This document shows positions 58,505-64,000 of a stretch of 64,000 bases of DNA, one piece after another. The stretch covers positions 2,976,001-3,040,000 of the forward strand of contig CBDCGL010000011.1 in assembly GCA_965216755.1 (NCBI GenBank), written 5' to 3'. Below the pieces are notes generated by a model, which worked only from the letters and a program-made list of their open reading frames with translations, was not told where the DNA came from and ran no database searches. The stretch comes from Alphaproteobacteria bacterium (GTDB taxonomy: Bacteria > Pseudomonadota > Alphaproteobacteria > UBA7887). How positions within the stretch are numbered: the stretch's first letter is position 1; every line of letters begins with the position of its first letter. A program made the position numbers and the translations under genes.

Positions 58505-59239
58505 CTAGCTGGGGCGGCAGGGTGTGTCTGAGACGACGCGGGCGGCCTTGGCCGAGGGCGCAGTCTCGGAGGTACGGGCCGACTTGAGCAGCCACCCCAT
58601 GCCGAGGGTCGCGATCAGGGCGCCGGCCAATTGGGCGACGACGAACGGCGCCACGTGAACCGGCGCGATGCCCGAGAACGTATCGGTGAACGCGCGCGCG
58701 ATGGTCACGGCCGGGTTGGCGAACGAGGTCGAGGCGGTAAACCAATAGCCGGCGGTGATGAATAGGCCGACGGCATATGGCACGGCCTCTGGTCGCCAGC
58801 GCAAGGTACCCAGAATTGTGCCGACCAGCCCCAGGGTTGCCACGGCCTCTGACAGCCATTGTGACGGTCCATCGCGCACTTTGGTCGACCACTCGATCGC
58901 GGCCAACTCGAACATGCCGTGAGCGACCAACACACCGATGAGTCCGCCCGCCACTTGCACCGCGACATAGAGCACGGCGTCGCCCAGCGAAATTTCGCGG
59001 CGCACCAGAAAGGCCAACGTGACGGCCGGATTGAAATGGGCGCCGGAAATCGGTCCAAATACCAAGATCAAAACAACCAATATGGCACCCGTGGGGATGG
59101 TATTGCCCAGCAAAGCCAACCCGACATTGCCGTCGGCCAACCGCTCGCCCATGATCCCAGAGCCGACCACGGTCGCCAAGAGCATCGCCGTCCCGACCGC
59201 CTCAGCGGCCAACCGCCGGCGCGTATCAAAAACTGCCAT
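58505..59239 (-). CDS. MIP/aquaporin of the ars-associated AqpS type
   Basis: Two NPA boxes (SGAHFNPAV, STSFANPAV), VVGSGIM.ERL; downstream of the arsC remnant. Confidence 0.9.
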   Translation of the reverse strand: MAVFDTRRRLAAEAVGTAMLLATVVGSGIMGERLADGNVGLALLGNTIPTGAILVVLILVFGPISGAHFNPAVTLAFLVRREISLGDAVLYVAVQVAGGLIGVLVAHGMFELAAIEWSTKVRDGPSQWLSEAVATLGLVGTILGTLRWRPEAVPYAVGLFITAGYWFTASTSFANPAVTIARAFTDTFSGIAPVHVAPFVVAQLAGALIATLGMGWLLKSARTSETAPSAKAARVVSDTPCRPS

Positions 59240-59255
59240 ATGCGTACGCCGATCC

Positions 59256-59597
59256 TCAGCCTGGTTCGCGCGCCGGTTCGGAAGCCGGCTGGCCAATATT
59301 GTCAAGCCGCGCCTGCAAGCTCAACCGGTCCGGCGAGGCGATCGGCAGATTGATAAATATGTTGACCCGATTGTTGAGCATGCACATGGCATCGACGAAC
59401 GCCGCGCGCTGGTCGGATCGTTCTGATTTCGCAGCAGCCGCAAGGCGTAAGGGGTGGACCGCGCCTTTGGCATGGTTGCCCGCACTATGGCCTTTGAAGT
59501 GGCGGCCACCGACGCGGTTGAGAATTGCCTCGGCCATGATGCTGCGCGCCGAATTGCCGGTACACAGGAACAGAACGTTATACGCTTTGTCAGACAG
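59256..59597 (-). pseudogene. arsC: arsC (LMW-PTP-fold arsenate reductase) remnant with frameshift and internal deletion
   Basis: [14 protein letters not shown]-loop and C-terminal [13 protein letters not shown] present; central segment with the resolving Cys residues and DP motif absent; CTG in place of the start. Confidence 0.85.
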
Positions 59598-59794
59598 GGT
59601 GATCTTGCCCGGTTGCTTGTTTGCGCTGATCCGCGCAAACCAAAAGATGCCGTCCCTGCGTGTGGCCGCGACTTGACTGATGCACCGTATCTTACTGCGG
59701 GAATATTGAGGTTCCGTGGCAAGAGCCGCGCGACGGTGGTGTGGTGGCGGGCCTATCGCTGGCGCGCGCGCCCACCTTGATGTACGGTGTTTTG

Positions 59795-60295
59795 ATGATT
59801 GCACGAATACCGACGATGGTCCGGTGCGGCGTCGTCCTTTGTTTCCTTGCCGGGGCGGCGTCGGCGGCGGATGTCGAAGGCGGCCTGGCGGCCGCGGAGC
59901 GTGGCGACTACGCAGCGGCCAAGTTGGCGTTCGAGTCCGCGGCAGAGGCCGGTGATGGCCGCGGCGCATTCTTTGTCGGGGTCATATATGACACCGGCGC
60001 CGGCGTCGACCGCGATCTCAATACCGCAGCGATATGGTATCGTAAGGCCGCCGAGCTAGACGTCGCCGAAGCCCAATATAATTTGGCGGTCATGTATGCC
60101 AATGGTGAAGGTCTGCCGAAAGATTTGGTGCATGCCTATGTTTGGTTTCGCCGTGCCGCGGATAATGGCATGGACGATGCGGCTGGCCACATTGAGACGC
60201 TGGAAAATATGATGTCCCAAGATGCGTTGGAAAAAGCGCGCGACCTTTTTGGTGCCAAGTCCGACGCGCAACCCGTTGCAAAACCGGATTCGTGA
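59795..60295 (+). CDS. Sel1-repeat (TPR-like) exported protein
   Basis: [26 protein letters not shown]. Confidence 0.9.
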   Translation: MIARIPTMVRCGVVLCFLAGAASAADVEGGLAAAERGDYAAAKLAFESAAEAGDGRGAFFVGVIYDTGAGVDRDLNTAAIWYRKAAELDVAEAQYNLAVMYANGEGLPKDLVHAYVWFRRAADNGMDDAAGHIETLENMMSQDALEKARDLFGAKSDAQPVAKPDS

Positions 60296-60327
60296 CCGAC
60301 GGTTTAGATGGTGCGGACTGCTTGATC

Positions 60328-60723
60328 CTAGTCCGCAATGTCGCTGGCGTGCGCATCGACATTATGGCACGAGGCACACCATTGATGCGCGATCTGCTGG
60401 CCGACGATGGGGCTTGCCGACATGCCGAGCTCGGCCGGCGATAATCCTTTGAGCGTCGCGAAATACGCCAACACGGCTTCCCGTTCTGGTGGCCAAAACC
60501 AGAAGCCCGGCATGTTCATATGGGGTTGTGGGTCTTTGAGGCCGCGCAGGAAAGAATCAATTTCGGCCAACGATCGGCCTTTTGGTCCCGCGATCACGTG
60601 AAATGGCGGCGCATCCGCGGGCGCGGCGGCACTGTCGTCAAGACAACCGGCGTTTCCGATTGCCATGACAGCAAGTATGACGCGCCAATTTTTGCGCTTC
60701 CAGCCGGCCATCGCACCGATCAT
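60328..60723 (-). CDS. Cytochrome c-like protein with permuted domain order (C-terminal CxxCH)
   Basis: Order is leader, DAPPF..IA, PH.NMP.F.F, VLAYF, then G.QIA.QWCASCH, then stop. Confidence 0.7.
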   Translation of the reverse strand: MIGAMAGWKRKNWRVILAVMAIGNAGCLDDSAAAPADAPPFHVIAGPKGRSLAEIDSFLRGLKDPQPHMNMPGFWFWPPEREAVLAYFATLKGLSPAELGMSASPIVGQQIAHQWCASCHNVDAHASDIAD

Positions 60724-60898
60724 ATGAGCCAGTTCCGAACAAGCATCGTGTCACAGGGCGACCGATATCAATCGATCGGACAACACCCATTTTACGGCGC
60801 GCCCACCGCAACGCCATGTCCAATGCGCCACGCGGGCGCTGTATTGGTGGCCCGGATATGTTAAGCGGCAGCGCGCGAGACACGAGACCGAACGCTGA

Positions 60899-61591
60899 AT
60901 GCGCACCGACATGACCGTGCCACCAGACCGTGCAGCGCGTCGACACCCCCGGCAGCCTATTTTCAACGCACCCCCGGCGACTTTGGCGCTGTGCTTTGTG
61001 CTGATCGCATGTCATGTGCTGATGGTCATGGTGCCGGCCGCGCGGCGCGCCGAAATGTACGACTCGTTGTCATTCCAGCCGGCGCGGTTCTGGGCCCAAT
61101 TCGCGGCGGATGGCGGATTGACGCTGGCCGGTGTTTTGCCGCTGATCAGTCATGCGTTTTTGCACGCCGATTTCTTTCATTTGATCGTCAACACTGGTTT
61201 GTTGTTGGCCTTTGCCGCGGTCGTCGAGCGGCGCCTGGGCGCCATCGGCATGATGTCGATATTCCTGGTTGGGGTCGGCGCCGGAGCCGTGGCGCAATTG
61301 GCGGCGGAGGGCGCAATCGCGGCGATCATGATCGGTGCGTCGGGTGGCGTTCACGCTGTGATGGGGGCGGCCGCGGTCATGTTTTATTGTCTGCCCGGAA
61401 CAGGCCAGAGGCGCGCAGCTTTGATCTTCGTCGCGGTAATCGTGGGGCTTAACTTGGCGCTTGGCGTATTCTCGTTGGGTCCGCTTATCGCCGGCAGCAA
61501 AGTCGCGTGGCAGGCCCATATCGGTGGCCTTATCGCTGGCGCCATCCTCGGCTACGTTTGGTTGAGATTACGCTTTTCTGCGCTGGGCTAG
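60899..61591 (+). CDS. Rhomboid-family intramembrane serine protease
   Basis: PIFN.P, H.FLH...HL..N, GASG, AWQAH.GG. Confidence 0.93.
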   Translation: MRTDMTVPPDRAARRHPRQPIFNAPPATLALCFVLIACHVLMVMVPAARRAEMYDSLSFQPARFWAQFAADGGLTLAGVLPLISHAFLHADFFHLIVNTGLLLAFAAVVERRLGAIGMMSIFLVGVGAGAVAQLAAEGAIAAIMIGASGGVHAVMGAAAVMFYCLPGTGQRRAALIFVAVIVGLNLALGVFSLGPLIAGSKVAWQAHIGGLIAGAILGYVWLRLRFSALG

Positions 61592-61621
61592 GGCCGGTCG
61601 CAGCAACAAGGAGGGACGGAC

Positions 61622-62986
61622 GTGAACTTGCACAAGCTCTTGGCCGCCAAGGCCGAAGCCGATCAGCCGGTGCGCGTGGGAATTATTGGCGCCGGCAAGT
61701 TCGGCACCATGTATTTGGCACAAGCGCGGCGGACAATCGGAGTCCACGTGCTCGGCATCGCAGATCTGAACATCGCCCGCGCGCGCGCCGCTTGTCACGC
61801 CGCCGATTGGCCCGAGTCGCAATATGCCGCAACATCATTCGAACAGGCTGTGACCGAGGGGTCGACATGTTTGACCGAATCAGCCGAGGCCCTGATTAAG
61901 GCCGATGGATTGGACGTGGTCATCGAGGCGACAGGTGATCCCCACGCCGGCATGCGTCATTGCCTGTGGGCGATCGATGAGGGTCGGCACATCATCATGG
62001 TGAATGTGGAAGCCGATGTGGTCGCAGGGCCGTTGCTGGCGCGTCGCGCGCAACAAGCGGGCGTCGTCTACAGTTTGGCCTATGGGGACCAACCGGCGTT
62101 GATTGTCGAGCATGTCGATTGGGCGCGCGCCTGCGGTTTTGATGTGGTGTGTGCCGGTAAGGGCACGCGATATCATCCCGACTTCCATCAATCGACGCCG
62201 GAAACCGTGTGGGACAACTTCCGCTGGTCGCGTGAACTTGCTGAGCGTGCCGGCGCCAACCCAAAAATGTTCAACAGTTTTATCGACGGCACCAAGTCGG
62301 CGATCGAAATGACCGCGGTGTGCAACGCCACCGGGTTGACACCGCAGCCCGATGGTCTCGGATTTCCGCCGTCGTCACGTTTCGAACTGGCTGACGTCTG
62401 CAAGCCGCGCACGGCCGGCGGCACGGTCGCGCACGCCGGAACGACCGAAGTCGTGTCCTCGCTGTTTCGCGACAAGACGGAGGTGCCCAATCATCTGCAA
62501 ATGGGAACCTATGTGGTGGTTGCGGCCGCCTCGGACTATGTCCGTCATTGCTTCGAGGAATATGCCCTATTGCCCGATTCGACTTTCGACTATGGGGCAA
62601 TTTATCGCCCCATCCACATGATTGGGCTTGAACTGGGCATCTCGGTGGCTTCTGTTGCTCTGCGCGGCGAGCCGACCGGGGCACCAATCGAGTTCCAATC
62701 GGATGTCGTCGCGGTCGCCAAGCGCGACCTGAAGGCTGGCGACATACTCGACGGCGAAGGCGGCTACACCGTGTGGGGTCGCCAGCAGCCTGCGGAAACG
62801 TCGTGCAGGTCTGGCGCGTTGCCTCTTGGCTTCGCCAACAAAGTGACCTTGCGCCATGATATTTCGCGCAACCAAATTCTCGCCTGGGACGACGTCAAAC
62901 ACGATCCCGCCGATCCGGCCGTGCGTTTACGGCGCGAAATGGAGGCCGCGTTCGGTCGTCGCAACCGCGATCCGGCGGCGGCGTAA
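61622..62986 (+). CDS. NAD(P)-dependent oxidoreductase, homoserine-dehydrogenase-like, with C-terminal SAF domain
   Basis: GAGKFG, NVEAD, AYGDQP, DGTKS, DGEGG.TV, LP.G.A. Confidence 0.9.
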   Translation: MNLHKLLAAKAEADQPVRVGIIGAGKFGTMYLAQARRTIGVHVLGIADLNIARARAACHAADWPESQYAATSFEQAVTEGSTCLTESAEALIKADGLDVVIEATGDPHAGMRHCLWAIDEGRHIIMVNVEADVVAGPLLARRAQQAGVVYSLAYGDQPALIVEHVDWARACGFDVVCAGKGTRYHPDFHQSTPETVWDNFRWSRELAERAGANPKMFNSFIDGTKSAIEMTAVCNATGLTPQPDGLGFPPSSRFELADVCKPRTAGGTVAHAGTTEVVSSLFRDKTEVPNHLQMGTYVVVAAASDYVRHCFEEYALLPDSTFDYGAIYRPIHMIGLELGISVASVALRGEPTGAPIEFQSDVVAVAKRDLKAGDILDGEGGYTVWGRQQPAETSCRSGALPLGFANKVTLRHDISRNQILAWDDVKHDPADPAVRLRREMEAAFGRRNRDPAAA

Positions 62987-63012
62987 GCCCGCCACCGCAA
63001 GCCGATCGTGGT

Positions 63013-63528
63013 TTAGGCGCCGAGCGTGCCGTACGCGCCGACGCCGACAACAAATGGTCCGACCCGGCGCACGAAACTGATCTTCGGGGACACGTCGCCG
63101 GTACAGGGGTGACGCATCTCGTATTCGACCGCGCCTTCGCCAACCGCCGCCGCGACCTGCATCATCTCCCGAACGAAATAGCGACCGCGACGATCCCGGG
63201 CACCGACGGTATTGCTGCCGACGGCCTCGGGATAGGCGCCGCTTGCCACCAATGTGCCGCGCCGGTGAATGACAAACACATACAGGTCACGGTCAACAAA
63301 TTCGCCGCCGGGTTCCATAAAAGCGGTGAAGGCCCGCTTTGGACCTTGGTCTTCAAGAAATTTTGCCGCGCGATCGAGCATGCTCTTGGCGTCATCGAGC
63401 GATGCGATACGGCAAGGCGGCGTGTCGGTTGTTGCGTCCTCGGCACCAACGTTGTTGCTGACCGTCACCGATGCCATGGCGCTGAGCGACAACCCAACCA
63501 GCAGTGAAATGACTCGACAATTTCTCAT
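63013..63528 (-). CDS. Stand-alone secreted Cache-domain protein
   Basis: Signal peptide; G.F.DRDLYVFV, D..G.YFVRE, G.V.Y, K.SFV, VG.G.Y. Confidence 0.85.
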   Translation of the reverse strand: MRNCRVISLLVGLSLSAMASVTVSNNVGAEDATTDTPPCRIASLDDAKSMLDRAAKFLEDQGPKRAFTAFMEPGGEFVDRDLYVFVIHRRGTLVASGAYPEAVGSNTVGARDRRGRYFVREMMQVAAAVGEGAVEYEMRHPCTGDVSPKISFVRRVGPFVVGVGAYGTLGA

Positions 63529-63554
63529 CGTACGAATCCCTGTTCGTGGTGATT

Positions 63555-63758
63555 TCAGCCGCCGGCAACCGGCCACAGCGCCGTGACCGCGTTATTGGCC
63601 GGCACGCGCAAAATGCCCCAAACAGCCACCAAGAATGCGACCGTCAACATTTCGCGCGGCACAATCGCGATCAATGCGGTCCCGCTCAGGAACCAGGCCC
63701 ACAATTCCGCCTGGCTGGCGGGCAGCGCTGCCGCGAGCATCGCCGACCCCACGTCCAT
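63555..63758 (-). CDS. Possible small membrane protein
   Basis: 67-aa hydrophobic ORF directly upstream of the Cache gene. Confidence 0.35.
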   Translation of the reverse strand: MDVGSAMLAAALPASQAELWAWFLSGTALIAIVPREMLTVAFLVAVWGILRVPANNAVTALWPVAGG

Positions 63759-64000
63759 AACCAGAGATTACACCCGACCGGTCGTCGAAGACCAGTCATC
63801 GCGCAACTGCTATGGTGACGCGTTGCGCTGGGGATTGCCGTTAGGGGAATGACACGAATCGTGCTTATTCGGGGATCGTGCGGCCGTCAAAGTTTGGTTC
63901 AACGCGTTGCGGCGGCCGACGTTGTTCACGCTGTTGGGCCATGGCCAACATAGCTGTTGCCGCGCCGCTGACGATGAAAACTAAGCTCATGAGGCGCAAG

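Noticed and set aside
1-64000. tRNA, rRNA, CRISPR arrays, prophage or defence genes
   Set aside because: None recognised by eye; a covariance-model scan would be needed to exclude small RNAs

Overview
GC-rich bacterial chromosomal window, most consistent with an Alphaproteobacterium (Rhodospirillales-like; inferred from the SAM-II riboswitch, Flp pilins, TRAP systems and protein styles). About 70 CDSs. From left to right: an atypical PQQ dehydrogenase/cytochrome c unit; a TRAP transporter with a hydrolase; an adenylate cyclase-TPR; a CHASE2-PAS-GGDEF-EAL / FecR / ShlB(TpsB) envelope-signalling cluster; metZ with a SAM-II riboswitch; two orphan Flp pilins; a sensorless hybrid kinase with a LuxR regulator next to an OprO/P porin and an EF-hand lipoprotein; a CoA-transferase; a complete napFDAGHBC operon with an FNR box; several mono-haem cytochromes c; treT-galT; a Spy/CpxP-OmpR-HAMP kinase module; and a decayed arsC with an aquaporin. 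No rRNA, tRNA, CRISPR array or transposase was seen. The most unusual signals are: (1) an apparently circularly permuted cytochrome c (60328-60723), with a canonical-order relative in the same window; (2) the passenger-less TpsB-FecR-CHASE2/c-di-GMP module with a CRP-like box; (3) two families of non-autonomous repeats, namely ~90-bp REPIN-like hairpin doublets (10452, 24509) and a 275-bp TA-flanked, RNA-structured MITE inserted inside two operons (38970, 54580); (4) a PQQ enzyme with a DYD motif but no vicinal Cys-Cys. All calls come from reading the sequence by eye; no searches were run, and many start codons are best guesses.
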